Source: a virus. From it: a DNA stretch of 64,000 bases. The notes beneath the pieces were generated by a model. It ran no database searches. It had not been told where the DNA came from and was given only the letters and a program-made list of their open reading frames with translations. The position numbers and the translations under genes are program-made. Below are positions 10,684 through 21,743 of the stretch, one piece after another; within the stretch, counting starts at the first letter, position 1; each line of letters starts with the position of its first letter. Location of the stretch: IMG/VR virus record IMGVR_UViG_3300025174_000005. One strand, given 5' to 3'.

Positions 10684-11832
10684 AAAATTAAAAGAAAGCG
10701 GTGTAAACAATGAATAAAGTTATTAAACAAGAGATAGATATGTTATTATCTTTAGATCTTGCACATATAGAAGATGCCCTTCGCGACTCGTATAAGAGAG
10801 ATAAAATTATATTTAATCAGATAGTATATAACAGAACTATACAGCGGCAAATCTTAAAAGCAAGGCAATTGCGTAACGCCTATAGTGATTTAACCGAGGA
10901 GGAATTCATGCATTTCCTTGGTATAACAGAGAAGCAGGGACTAGAAGGTAAGGATGACATAAATAAACAAATTTTAGAAGCAATTATAAATTACGCTCCA
11001 TCAGTTAGTTAACTAATCAATAAGATCTACCAATAAAGACATTAACTTAGAAAGGTAGGAGATTTTAATGGCAACACTAACCAAGACAAAACTTGAGCAG
11101 TTAGTTAAAGAAATAGTTAATGTAGTAATAAACTTGGATGATTGTTATAGTAAATACTCTGGATTAATTATCAATATTCTTAATAACAAGCCAAAGGCAT
11201 ATCGCATACCTTTTCAGGATGAAGGAACTGAGTTAGCAAAAACTAAGACTACTGTATTATATAATAAGTTAGAAAACTTGCGTCGTGTTATTAATAATGA
11301 AAAACTTACATTAGATGACATAGACTTACTTAAGATTTTAATTGGTGAAATACTTCCTATAAAAGAAGCAATTCAGTTAATGGTTTTTATCGGCGAGAAT
11401 AATTATCCATTATTTATAGTTCTATGCACCAATAGGAGCATTTATGCTAGAATAGTACTATGGAGAGATCCAGATAATAAGTCTGGTTTGTTAAATTGTC
11501 TTGAGCAACAAATTAATAGCATTGGAGAAAGTAAAGTAAATAAAATTTTAAGCAAACTTATAGGTGACATCAAGGAGGAATGATATGTTTACAATGTTAC
11601 TAATATTAATTATATTAGGAGTAGTAGCAGCAGCTCTTTATCACACACAAGCCGCTCAAGTAGTAGGCTACGGTATACTATTTCTTGCTATAGCTACCTT
11701 ATGTTTTATATCTCTCCCTCTAGTCATGATAGTAGTTGCTTGTTGTATAATAGGTGTGATTATTACTGCTGTAGCTAAATCTTTTATCAAACAAGTGGAT
11801 TCTAATGGACCAAAATAAACCAACAGCTCTCT

Positions 11833-12093
11833 TTGAATTGGTATACTATGAATCATAAAAAAACTGTTTACTGCTGGAGTAATAGTGAACTTGAAGTGTC
11901 CGTATTGTTCATGCAAGATTTTAATCGTTTTAAAAAAATTAAAATAAATAATATAAGTATTATTAACACAGAAAACCATATTCCAACAAATTCTATTTGT
12001 ACGCCTTACCATGTGGTATTTGCATTACTTGGACTATATAAGCAAGCCGAAGACGCATATCGAAGTAATGGTCCATACTTTAATAATGTTTAG
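11833..12093 (+). CDS. Small ORF with the conserved tag
   Basis: CTPYHVVFALLGLY near the C-terminus. Confidence 0.55.
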   Translation: MNWYTMNHKKTVYCWSNSELEVSVLFMQDFNRFKKIKINNISIINTENHIPTNSICTPYHVVFALLGLYKQAEDAYRSNGPYFNNV

Positions 12094-12333
12094 TATTGTA
12101 TTGTGTATTATTATTACAGGGATATCACTTCTTCTTTATATAGCACTAAGTACGCGTGATATATCTGAATATATTGCTTTGTCTTTTATCTTTATTGTAC
12201 ACTCTTTTACATGTTGGATGTGTGGAGTTAGTAGTAGGAAAGATACTAGAATCTGAAATGGAGTAGGGGTTTATGAATCCAGAACAACAAAAGTTTTTTG
12301 ATTTTTTATAGATCATTATAGAGAAGTGATAAA

Positions 12334-12495
12334 TTGGATAATAATATTTATCAAGATTATTTAATACTAACTAATAAGAAAACAAATTGTATGCAATGTG
12401 GCAGTATAACTCAATGGTATGATGAAGATATGAGAGCATTTATATGCAGTGAAGACTGTGCTAATCTCTTATATGAAACATTAAATTCTAAATAG
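12334..12495 (+). CDS. Small putative Zn-binding protein, not in the ORF track
   Basis: TTG start; CMQCG...FICSEDC; a similar Cys spacing occurs in 13222-13431. Confidence 0.35.
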   Translation: MDNNIYQDYLILTNKKTNCMQCGSITQWYDEDMRAFICSEDCANLLYETLNSK

Positions 12496-12505
12496 TACTT
12501 TATCT

Positions 12506-12596
12506 ACCACCTGCCGCTTGAAGTCAAGGGACAAAACATCCCTTGACTTCTTCACGTTACAGGTGGTGCGGGGTTTATAAGCTTGCTTCGCAAGCT
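12506..12596 (+). ncRNA. Structured cis element or candidate ncRNA, copy 1
   Basis: ACCACCTG/CAGGTGGT outer stem, GAAGTCAAGGGA/TCCCTTGACTTC inner stem, AGCTTGC-TTC-GCAAGCT hairpin; second copy at 17762-17857. Confidence 0.6.
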
Positions 12597-12624
12597 CATC
12601 TTAATTTAAAAGGAGCATAAGGAT

Positions 12625-13092
12625 ATGATAATAAAAGAAATAATTACAGAAGAAGTAGCAAGTCAGGTTCAAGGTGCTGTTGATTCTCCGCGCAAATTAG
12701 AACTGCGTGTATTTGATACCATACCTCTTAAGGTGGCATTAGCTGGGGTTATAGCCAAGTTCACCACAGGTGAACGCAATAAGAGCTTTAAGAGCAAAAA
12801 GACAGATGTTATAATTAATATACTAAATCAAAAAGTAAGTATACCCAAAACAGGTAAGAATGGTAATACCTACGAGATAGATTATATGATAAGTATTAGT
12901 GAACCATTTAATGAGCGCATGCGTCCTCAAGTACAGATACGTAAGCTTGGATTCTTTAGTCAACTTAAACAAGCATATACAACTCCCAGTGAAGTAATAG
13001 AGCGTGGTATGATAACGGATACAAGAGAGTATATTCAGATAGTAGATCCTATTGATCAGTTAACTAAAGCTGAAGAACGTAATCATAAGTAA
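12625..13092 (+). CDS. Hypothetical protein downstream of structured element 1
   Basis: 155 aa ORF with RBS aaggag. Confidence 0.7.
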   Translation: MIIKEIITEEVASQVQGAVDSPRKLELRVFDTIPLKVALAGVIAKFTTGERNKSFKSKKTDVIINILNQKVSIPKTGKNGNTYEIDYMISISEPFNERMRPQVQIRKLGFFSQLKQAYTTPSEVIERGMITDTREYIQIVDPIDQLTKAEERNHK

Positions 13093-13116
13093 AACTACAT
13101 TGTTTTCCCTCCTATA

Positions 13117-13148
13117 GCAGGAGCGCCTAATAGAGGGGGCGCTCCTGC
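13117..13148 (+). terminator. GC-rich hairpin, probable terminator
   Basis: GCAGGAGCGCC/GGCGCTCCTGC 11-bp stem; weak U-tract. Confidence 0.55.
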
Positions 13149-13417
13149 GCCTCCTCTTTATAAAGATCGAGTAGCTAGTTCAAGTACACTAGTACGTCAA
13201 TTATTAGGGGTGTAACATATTATGAAGTATATGATCTTTCATAATTTAGTAGAAACTATAGTTCCCAACAAAGAGATATGTGGGTATTGTAAGGAACTCG
13301 CTCTCTTTAAATTAAAGTCGGATAACATATACACGTGTAGTTCTACGTGTCTAGTTAAGATATTAGAGAATAGAATATGCAATTCTGGCATAGATCCTGT
13401 ATTCTATAGTTGGATGT

Positions 13418-13648
13418 ATGAAAATGACTAATCAAAACATTGAAATATTTGATGATAGAAAACGTACATTACGTGCAAAACATGCGGCAACTTTGATATT
13501 AAAATTACAAGCCAATATATCTTCTGATATATTGGTTTTTTCTACGTATATTGATTCATCAAAACAACGAGTCAGAAAAATGCGTCCAAGAGATAATTAT
13601 GAAAAGTCTACACCGTCTGTTATTGCACGAATACTACTGGGGATATAA
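13418..13648 (+). CDS. Small ORF with the conserved tag
   Basis: Ends STPSVIARILLGI*. Confidence 0.65.
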   Translation: MKMTNQNIEIFDDRKRTLRAKHAATLILKLQANISSDILVFSTYIDSSKQRVRKMRPRDNYEKSTPSVIARILLGI

Positions 13649-13853
13649 GCGTAGTCAATAAAAGTGGAGGTAATTATGAAGTTAAATATAATATTAAAAG
13701 TATTAATTAATATACTAATAATAACAGTGTTCCAATACGGCGCAGCTAGTACTTTGTATTATATAGATCATAATATTGATATGTTATTGGGAATCATTCT
13801 AAGTTGTGCTATAGCATTTCCTATGTCATTTTTAACAGGAATGGGGTTATTCA

Positions 13854-14237
13854 ATGAGAACAGCAAATAAAACAGTGTGTATATTGTTATTAGCCATATG
13901 TTTAATACCAGTTAGGGTATCTTATGCAGATCAGATTAATCCAATTAACCTAGCTATTGGTATTCTAACTTTAACTCAGGCTATACAAGGACAGCATAGA
14001 TGCCAACCTTATCCAATCTATCAACAACAGTATTATGAGCCATACCCTAGACCATATAACCTGCAAACAATACCTATTCAACCAGGCTATGTACCTAATC
14101 GTACATATTACGAAGCTAACTCATCATATACACAACCACCCATGAATGACTATGAGTTCTCTATGAAATTACAGATGTGTAGAGATGGTAATCTTGCCTT
14201 CTGTGAGTCACTTATGAGAAGACTGATGGGTTATTAA
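13854..14237 (+). CDS. Putative exported protein with Gln/Pro/Tyr-rich low-complexity region
   Basis: Hydrophobic N-terminus (TVCILLLAICLIPVRVSYA), then QPYP-rich repeats. Confidence 0.5.
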   Translation: MRTANKTVCILLLAICLIPVRVSYADQINPINLAIGILTLTQAIQGQHRCQPYPIYQQQYYEPYPRPYNLQTIPIQPGYVPNRTYYEANSSYTQPPMNDYEFSMKLQMCRDGNLAFCESLMRRLMGY

Positions 14238-14255
14238 ATGTAACTAATAACCGAA

Positions 14256-14453
14256 ATGGAGAAGTGGATATTTGGTTATGCTAATGTTCACATTGATAAA
14301 ACTGGAAATGATACGGGTGAAGTTTTATTCCTCGTTGGTATATTTAGAAATGCTATCATATCACGATCACAAAAATATGATCAAAGTAAGATATGTTCTA
14401 GTGAAGATATTGCAACACCTCATATGGTATGTAAATTATTACTAGGAATATGA
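14256..14453 (+). CDS. Small ORF with the conserved tag
   Basis: Ends ATPHMVCKLLLGI*. Confidence 0.65.
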   Translation: MEKWIFGYANVHIDKTGNDTGEVLFLVGIFRNAIISRSQKYDQSKICSSEDIATPHMVCKLLLGI

Positions 14454-14512
14454 CTACTAGTATAAATATAAGTAAGATTAAAGAAGCAATCTAGAGAAAG
14501 AAGGATCTTCCT

Positions 14513-15427
14513 ATGAGTAATCCATCTATTACTCGCAAGAAAGCAGTAGACCGCATGCAGGCTACTATTGACTATTTGGAACAACACAAACAAGTAGACT
14601 CTATTGCGGACCTCTATAGATCTGTACCAGAGTTACGTAGATATAAGAGTTACGTTGAAGCGCGTGGATTCATTCAACGTATGCATAAGCTTGGGTTAAT
14701 TCAATTTAATAAAGGTTATCGTACTGCTAATGTTATTACTCTAAATAAATCTAGTGATTTAATAGATAGGATTAAGCAACAACTACCTTTTGATGGTATT
14801 AATAAAGCTATCAATAGACAGCTTGTGTATAGATATGCCAAGCGAAGTCTATATAGTAAGAAACAGCCTAAAATACTTATTCTAGGTGGACCATACCTAC
14901 ATGATATACCAGAGATATTAAAGTATAATCCTGGTACACAAATAGACTCAATAGAACACAACATACACAGCTATGTTTGTGCTGCTGTTAAAGCACGAGC
15001 AGCCTATAAGAACAATGTTCACGTACATCATGAGAATATCTATGAGTTCTTATGGGATACAAAAAACAAATACGATCTGATTTATTTGGATTATTGTGGC
15101 AAGGTCAAGGCGGAAGAAGGTAAAACAATTGAGCTAGCATTAAGTAAGCTTCATCATGGCGGACAATTAGCTATTACGATGATGCGAGCTAGGGGAACAA
15201 CTAAATATATTAAAGATAAAAAAGATAAAGCAGAAGATCAAATCGATGCGGTATGGCGGGTTATTAAAGATATGGCTAAGGAATTAAATATTAATTATTA
15301 TCCTGTAGCTACCATTAAATATTGTGATGTAGTATCTATGGCTACACTAGTATTACATAAGGGATTACAAACTAAAACATATGACGAATTAGTAGTTAAG
15401 GACGGACAAGTAAATGTTCACATATAA
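14513..15427 (+). CDS. Class I SAM-dependent methyltransferase-like protein with N-terminal extension
   Basis: KILILGGP (motif I-like), IDSIEHN, KYDLIYLDYCG (motif IV-like). Confidence 0.6.
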   Translation: MSNPSITRKKAVDRMQATIDYLEQHKQVDSIADLYRSVPELRRYKSYVEARGFIQRMHKLGLIQFNKGYRTANVITLNKSSDLIDRIKQQLPFDGINKAINRQLVYRYAKRSLYSKKQPKILILGGPYLHDIPEILKYNPGTQIDSIEHNIHSYVCAAVKARAAYKNNVHVHHENIYEFLWDTKNKYDLIYLDYCGKVKAEEGKTIELALSKLHHGGQLAITMMRARGTTKYIKDKKDKAEDQIDAVWRVIKDMAKELNINYYPVATIKYCDVVSMATLVLHKGLQTKTYDELVVKDGQVNVHI

Positions 15428-15622
15428 AGCGTATTTGTATTTGAACCCCACAATGCTAATAAATTTTTGGATAAGGAATTTTATACCACGCGCCTTAATA
15501 GTTCTTTATGAAGCAACACATACATATGCTAAAGAGGAGATGTACTTTCGTAACTATCCAAAGGGATACAACTATGATTACTATTTTAGACATTATAAGA
15601 AACCACCACACTATGGCAAACC

Positions 15623-15883
15623 ATGCTGTGGCTATCTTCTATGGAAAGAATAAATAAGATCCTTAACTTACCCGATCCTACTACTAAGCCTTTTAATTCT
15701 GAAGGCATAATGGTTATATATGAGGGCTCAATGTCTAGCGTCGGTTGGTGTAGAAACTATAAATCATATTATGTTTATCCTAATATTATAACATCTGCAT
15801 CAGGTACTGCGCTTATCAATTTATTATATGAAGATGATATCGCTTGTTTAAGTTCGTTTTGTAAAACACTATTAAATATTTAG
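15623..15883 (+). CDS. Small ORF with the conserved tag
   Basis: Ends CLSSFCKTLLNI*. Confidence 0.55.
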   Translation: MLWLSSMERINKILNLPDPTTKPFNSEGIMVIYEGSMSSVGWCRNYKSYYVYPNIITSASGTALINLLYEDDIACLSSFCKTLLNI

Positions 15884-16481
15884 CTATTCCCCTCCACGAT
15901 AGGACCGTGGATAAAGCGCCATAGATGGCTCTATTTACGACGAAGAAGAGGAGAACCATATTTTACATGCAGAAGAATAAACTAAGTCTTAGACGTAAAC
16001 CTAAAAATATAATTCAAAAAGGTAGGTATAGATTAAGCACATCTATAATAGCTACATGGTTACAAGATAGGCAGATATTTATACCTGTTAAGATGAAACA
16101 TAGGAGGGATACTCAATTGGTATTGGTTCCTCCTGCGGGACCATGCCTTACTATCTATAAAGCCTATGACTAAGAGAGTATAGAGAGAGGAATTGAAGCA
16201 TTTGGCATCGCTATATATACTGGTTAAACAATTACTAAACATATACTAAATTTAATATAAGAAGGAGAAGTTTATGCCAGCTAGATTACAATTAGGTTAT
16301 AGTGTTATGACTAATAAATGGATCGTTCGAGTAGAAGATGGTGATACAAATAAGATATTTCAAGTTATATTTGATACCCACGAAGAAGCACAAGAGGTAG
16401 TAGATAATATTGTGGAGAGATACAAAGAAGAAACAGGACATAAACCAGAACATATGCCGAATGCACATATGAATTAAAGCA

Positions 16482-16703
16482 ATGAATAATATGAACCCTG
16501 TAGCCGTATATCATTCAATGAAGTGTACAATAAACTACCTACATATATGTTATGAGAATAATTTTTGTAGATTTATCACGATAAATCCTCATGGAATTCA
16601 GGAGGATACACCAATAAAACATGCAGACCCTCTTAATAGGGACGAGGAGTGTTTTTGTACTCTATCACACATGGTTATTATGTTACTTAACTTAAGGAGG
16701 TAG
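16482..16703 (+). CDS. Small ORF with the conserved tag
   Basis: Ends TLSHMVIMLLNLRR*. Confidence 0.5.
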   Translation: MNNMNPVAVYHSMKCTINYLHICYENNFCRFITINPHGIQEDTPIKHADPLNRDEECFCTLSHMVIMLLNLRR

Positions 16704-17478
16704 CTGACATGGGATTACTCACTGGTTTACGCCATGATATTAAATTGAACAATAGGCATGAGGGTTCATATGATGCATCAGATAGACTACAAATAAGAGC
16801 CCTTAGAAGGGCTGTATGTAGATTATTTGGTATTCAATTAGCCGTGGCTTTCCATGAAGCGGCCATTAACGCACTACACACTCCATCTCATATGTTTGAT
16901 TTAGTTGTGGATAAGGCCGATGGCGTAAGGATAATATCTCAGGGTCTACCAATCGATAGCCTATGTTCTATTGATGGAGAACTTCCAGAAAATGGTAGGG
17001 GGTTTCTCATTATATGTTCGTGTTCTAACTGTGATATTAATACGTACGAAGATAAAATAGAATTACATCTGAGACCACTATGAGTATTTCTATATATATT
17101 AGTTTCAGCATTACTAGGAATACCCATAAGAAGGAGATAGTATGCCTCAATTTTTAGTACACATAAGCCACCGTAGAGGTGGCTACGATGATTTTATAAT
17201 AGATGCATTAAGCTTAATTGATGCTAGGGCTCAAGCACAAACTCTCTTTGCTAGTGAGATAATAACCGTGCAAGAATTTAGTACGTCTATGTTCCCTAAG
17301 ATATTTGGTAGCAATAGACCTCACTTCCATAGTAGAATTAATTCATTGGTAGGTGCTGATGGACCTACAAGAGGTACTAATTATCCTGCAGCCCCAAAAG
17401 CATATCCAGACATTGGCAGGAGCTAAGAGAGAAATGTGTCTATGTTATTACTAGGTATTTCATAAGAAGAAGAAACAC

Positions 17479-17739
17479 ATGTCTAATCAATTACTTCCGT
17501 ATGAAATATATTTAACTATCAATATTATGGGTATATCATACTTACTAAGAAGTAAAGTTTACGAGATATATGATAGTAGATTTGATAATAATCAGTTCTT
17601 AAAAGCAAATTCAATTACTTATATTACACCATCTGTTATAAAGAAAGTCCATCAACCAGGGATATATTCTGATTTCAATAATGTTTCACCTACACCTGCA
17701 ACGCCTAGTAATCTAGCAAGAATATTATTAAATATATAA
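17479..17739 (+). CDS. Small ORF with the conserved tag
   Basis: Ends ATPSNLARILLNI*. Confidence 0.65.
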   Translation: MSNQLLPYEIYLTINIMGISYLLRSKVYEIYDSRFDNNQFLKANSITYITPSVIKKVHQPGIYSDFNNVSPTPATPSNLARILLNI

Positions 17740-17761
17740 AGAAAAATTAAAATAAACTGCA

Positions 17762-17857
17762 ACCACCTGCAGCTTCAACGTCAAGGCACGCTTCGCTTAA
17801 AGCCTTGACGTCTTGCTTTTCAGGTGGTCTAAGTAAACGAAGCTTGCTTCGCAAGCT
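17762..17857 (+). ncRNA. Structured cis element or candidate ncRNA, copy 2
   Basis: ACCACCTG/CAGGTGGT, ACGTCAAGGC/GCCTTGACGT, AGCTTGC-TTC-GCAAGCT; compensatory changes relative to copy 1. Confidence 0.6.
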
Positions 17858-17872
17858 ATCTTTTAACAAGAG

Positions 17873-18859
17873 GTGATGTTCATGTATGTAAGAGCACAGA
17901 AGTGTAGCGTCACAAACAAGAGTGGAAATGAACGTATTGCTCAGTTTGATTTCATAGTAGATGAAAGCAATAGTATATCTTATAGGGGGTGGATATATAA
18001 GATTAAGGATACTACCCAAACAATTGGTTATAGATTTTGGGCTAGTTGGGCATTAGGTAATACGCAAGAAACCAATCAACACATAACATCTACCCTTGCA
18101 AAGCAAGGGGTAGATGGTGATATTCTAAGTAAGATACAGCAAGCTCTGCGCACTTATCAGCCAGGTATTCCTCAGATAAATATCCTAGATGGTTATAATC
18201 TAGGAAGAAATATATCGCCCGTATTATTCTATGGAGTACCTAGACTGGTTGTTAAAGGATTGTATGGAGAAGAGTGGCCTGCTTACAGACGTAATAATAA
18301 CGTAAGTCAATATCGTAATTGTAGTAATTGCTCCTTCGCATGTAGAGATAAAGAAAACAGCTTTAGAAATCAACCCTACGAGAGAAGTGTTCAGGACATA
18401 AAAGATCAACCACATCTTCCTTTATGGCGGTGTGCTGTAACTGGTGCGTTTGTAGATAAAGAGATAACTAATAATATTAATGCAACATGGAACTCCGATC
18501 AAAGCCATGGATATTCCAGAGTACAGAAAGATAGGGGATATGTTAGAACACAAGGCGAGCCACAAACAATGTCACGTCCGAGAGGGGAAGACGAAAGTAG
18601 GTATTTAAGTATTGTCAAATTAAGGCAAATGTCTTTAGAGGAAAATACATGTCCAGCTCATATGTTTAAAGCAAGAGAGCAATATCAAGATGAAGCAAGT
18701 AGATTAAAAGATATTAATCCTAAGACCATACGTTGGTTTAAAGATAATACACATGTATGTGAGATTATGGGACATAAAATAAGGTTAATAGAACTAGATG
18801 TATTAGGAGAAGAGCTCGGTAAGGCTGATCTGGCTTATATGAGAAAACAATATGTGTAG
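17873..18859 (+). CDS. Hypothetical protein with Cys cluster
   Basis: 328 aa; CSNCSFAC...C...C-x2-H. Confidence 0.7.
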   Translation: MMFMYVRAQKCSVTNKSGNERIAQFDFIVDESNSISYRGWIYKIKDTTQTIGYRFWASWALGNTQETNQHITSTLAKQGVDGDILSKIQQALRTYQPGIPQINILDGYNLGRNISPVLFYGVPRLVVKGLYGEEWPAYRRNNNVSQYRNCSNCSFACRDKENSFRNQPYERSVQDIKDQPHLPLWRCAVTGAFVDKEITNNINATWNSDQSHGYSRVQKDRGYVRTQGEPQTMSRPRGEDESRYLSIVKLRQMSLEENTCPAHMFKAREQYQDEASRLKDINPKTIRWFKDNTHVCEIMGHKIRLIELDVLGEELGKADLAYMRKQYV

Positions 18860-18921
18860 ATATAGTAAGAGCATTACTGGGTATTGATATTAGAATATAA
18901 TAAAGAAAGAGGTATTGGTAG

Positions 18922-20088
18922 GTGAATACTTTACAGCTACAAGAGGTACTAAGAAAACTTATTCAGAACAGTGGTAACGGTAATCGAGTATCATTACTGA
19001 TAGAAGGGGTGCATGGAATAGGGAAGTCGGCTGTTGTTGCTGAAGTCGCAAGCGAATTAGGTTATCGTTTGGCAGATTTAAGATTAGGGCAGCAAGAAGT
19101 GGCTGATTTAATAGGTATGCCTATAGTTAAAGACGGTTATACCTATTGGGCTCCCCCAAGTTGGTGGCCTAAAGAGGGCGAGAAAGTTGTTATCTTTTTA
19201 GATGAATTAAATCGTGGTACCCAGGATGTAAAACAAGCTATCTTTCAATTAGTGAGAGATTTCAAATTACATACACATACATTGCCTCTAGATTGTATTG
19301 TTGTCTCAGCTATAAATCCTGAGATAGATGGATATGATGTATCTCCATTAGATATAGCGTTGCAAGATAGGTTCTGGAAAGTAATATATGAACCAACAGT
19401 TGAAGAGTGGTTGAGTTGGGCAGAGAAAAATAATATATGCAAATCTGTCTGCGAATTTATTAAGCAAGATAATATATATCTTGACCCAAGTAAGGGGCAA
19501 GCCTATCCAACTCGTAGAGGTTGGGAACGCTTAAGCAATGCACTTAAGTTAGTTGAGTTGGATAAATTCATTGAGAAGAAAGATTATGATTTATTTCTAG
19601 ATATTGCTATGGGCAATATCGGTGAGGCTGGTGGACTATCATATAAGAGATTTGTTATTGACAAATACCAACCATTAGATTCTAAACTTCTTGTAGAAAA
19701 CTATAAAAAAATTCGCACTAAAATTCAGAAGCTTATTCAAAACCAACAGATGGATGTATTGTCTCGTGGATTAGATGACACGGCTAGGTATCTTGACAAG
19801 TATATAGACTCTAACATTACTCAGTCTAGCTTTGTCGAGAGTATATGTTTATTAATAATAGATCTTCCTCTTGATTTAGTTGTAAGTTTTATGAGAGCAA
19901 TAGGTTGTAACCAAAGATTGTTTAATCTGTTTAAATTAATATGTAGAAATAAAGAAGTGTTTAGTCAAGTGGTTAGGACAAGAGATGTTGCTAACGAACA
20001 TCATCTGATAGATATCTTTGATACACTACTTGAACAAGAGTTGGAGTTGGAAGAGAAAGAAAAGAAGAAGGCAACAGCAAGTGTCTAA
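18922..20088 (+). CDS. MoxR-like AAA+ ATPase
   Basis: GVHGIGKS Walker A, DLRLGQ...DLIGMP, IFLDELNR Walker B, SAINP, ALQDRF, TRRGWE. Confidence 0.88.
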   Translation: MNTLQLQEVLRKLIQNSGNGNRVSLLIEGVHGIGKSAVVAEVASELGYRLADLRLGQQEVADLIGMPIVKDGYTYWAPPSWWPKEGEKVVIFLDELNRGTQDVKQAIFQLVRDFKLHTHTLPLDCIVVSAINPEIDGYDVSPLDIALQDRFWKVIYEPTVEEWLSWAEKNNICKSVCEFIKQDNIYLDPSKGQAYPTRRGWERLSNALKLVELDKFIEKKDYDLFLDIAMGNIGEAGGLSYKRFVIDKYQPLDSKLLVENYKKIRTKIQKLIQNQQMDVLSRGLDDTARYLDKYIDSNITQSSFVESICLLIIDLPLDLVVSFMRAIGCNQRLFNLFKLICRNKEVFSQVVRTRDVANEHHLIDIFDTLLEQELELEEKEKKKATASV

Positions 20089-21358
20089 TGATATTGCTGA
20101 TAATGGTATTGCTAGTGTAGATAAAAAAGAACTACCCAAGTGGGCTAGTGGGGAAGATGCGAGTCCTGTAGAGTATAAAAAAGCAGAACAGGTATTTGCT
20201 AGCGCTCTTGCTTCCATGATAATTGCAGGAGATAAAGCATTATATGCTTATCTTCTTATGCGGTTTAAGCGTATCTTTAGCACCAAAAACGTCCCAACAA
20301 TGGGTGTAGGTATGAGTGCGACAAGTCTGATATTATGTATTAATCCACATTATGTCTTATCGCTTAATCAGAATCAGATACAGACAGTCTTAGAACATGA
20401 ATTTCTACACATAATAATGATGCATCCAATAAGAACACCCATTGTCTTAGAGCATACTTTATGGAATATTGCTTGTGATATTGTGGTTAATGAGTTTATG
20501 GAATCTAACTTTTTAGAAAAAGAAAATATAACTTATGATGGATTTCTTGAGCAGTATCATGACTTTCCTTCTAGGTTTAGTTCTGCAAATGTTTACTATC
20601 AATTCTTACGTCAGAAAATAGAGCAAGATGGAGAATTAAAAATGCCTGGTGGAGGGAAAGCTGAGGTAAAGATGATAGATGACCATAGCATGTGGGGTAC
20701 TCCAGATGAAGAAGACATGGCTGATTATAAAGATATAAGTAAAAAATACTATGAAGGTATAATAAAAGGTGAGCTCCAAGAAGCTTATATTAAAACACAA
20801 GGGAAACTGCCAGGACAAATTAAATCTCTTATTAGAAGAATATTAAATAGTGAAGTACCTTGGAATGTAGTTCTTCGTAGATTTGTAACTAGCACACGCA
20901 ATAATACCAGGCGTTATACGCTCAAACGTTATAATCGTAGGTTACAGCTACCGCCAGGATATTGCAGGGAGCGTAAGCTCAACCTGTGTGCTATTATAGA
21001 TACATCTGGATCGATAAACAATAAGCAATTATCAGCTTTCCTAAACGAGCTCAATACTATATCAAGATATAAAAGTACAGAACTAACCATTATAGAATCA
21101 GATGCAAGGGTTGGAGCTGTATATAAGTTCAAACGTAAAGAAGTTCATGAATTTACAGGTAGGGGAGGTACTGATTTTAGACCTGCATTTGATTACATAG
21201 CCGAAAAGAGATTATCTTTTGATGGTGTAGTTTATTTTACAGATGGTTGTGGTACTGCACCACAAGATAAACCCAAGTTCCCCGTACTATGGGTATATAC
21301 TAAAGATCATGATAGAGCTGCTCCTTGGGGTAGTAGTGTGATTATGCAGGGTACTTAA
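20018..21358 (+). CDS. HExxH metallopeptidase-VWA domain protein (DUF2201-like), MoxR partner; true start probably near 20081
   Basis: HEFLH, WNIACDIVVN, DDHSMW, IDTSGS (MIDAS), GRGGTDF, YFTDG. Confidence 0.88.
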   Translation: MIHYLNKSWSWKRKKRRRQQQVSNDIADNGIASVDKKELPKWASGEDASPVEYKKAEQVFASALASMIIAGDKALYAYLLMRFKRIFSTKNVPTMGVGMSATSLILCINPHYVLSLNQNQIQTVLEHEFLHIIMMHPIRTPIVLEHTLWNIACDIVVNEFMESNFLEKENITYDGFLEQYHDFPSRFSSANVYYQFLRQKIEQDGELKMPGGGKAEVKMIDDHSMWGTPDEEDMADYKDISKKYYEGIIKGELQEAYIKTQGKLPGQIKSLIRRILNSEVPWNVVLRRFVTSTRNNTRRYTLKRYNRRLQLPPGYCRERKLNLCAIIDTSGSINNKQLSAFLNELNTISRYKSTELTIIESDARVGAVYKFKRKEVHEFTGRGGTDFRPAFDYIAEKRLSFDGVVYFTDGCGTAPQDKPKFPVLWVYTKDHDRAAPWGSSVIMQGT

Positions 21359-21546
21359 TGGAATGATGAGGCAACCACTGAGAGAATATGTAGATTACTA
21401 CTTAATATTATAGGAGATAGATATGAATAAAAAAGATGACTTAATGTATGATAGTGGTGACTATGTGTGTGATAATTGTGGAGAAATATCAGTTAACTCT
21501 CCTATGACTTTATGTGAAGAGTGCTTGAAAGTGTGTATAGACGATA

Positions 21547-21738
21547 ATGATTTATGATATAATTACATATAGCAATAATGCCGTTCTTAATTGTTACTGT
21601 GGTAGTAATGCTTCAGTGCTTTATATAATTGCTAGTAGTTATATGTGTTGTTTTAATCGTGCTATACCACCAACAATGACTAGTGGTATAGCTACGCCAG
21701 ATTTTGTTATTGGGATGTTATTGGGTATAGCCAAATAA
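21547..21738 (+). CDS. Small ORF with the conserved tag
   Basis: Ends ATPDFVIGMLLGIAK*. Confidence 0.6.
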   Translation: MIYDIITYSNNAVLNCYCGSNASVLYIIASSYMCCFNRAIPPTMTSGIATPDFVIGMLLGIAK

Positions 21739-21743
21739 AAAAC

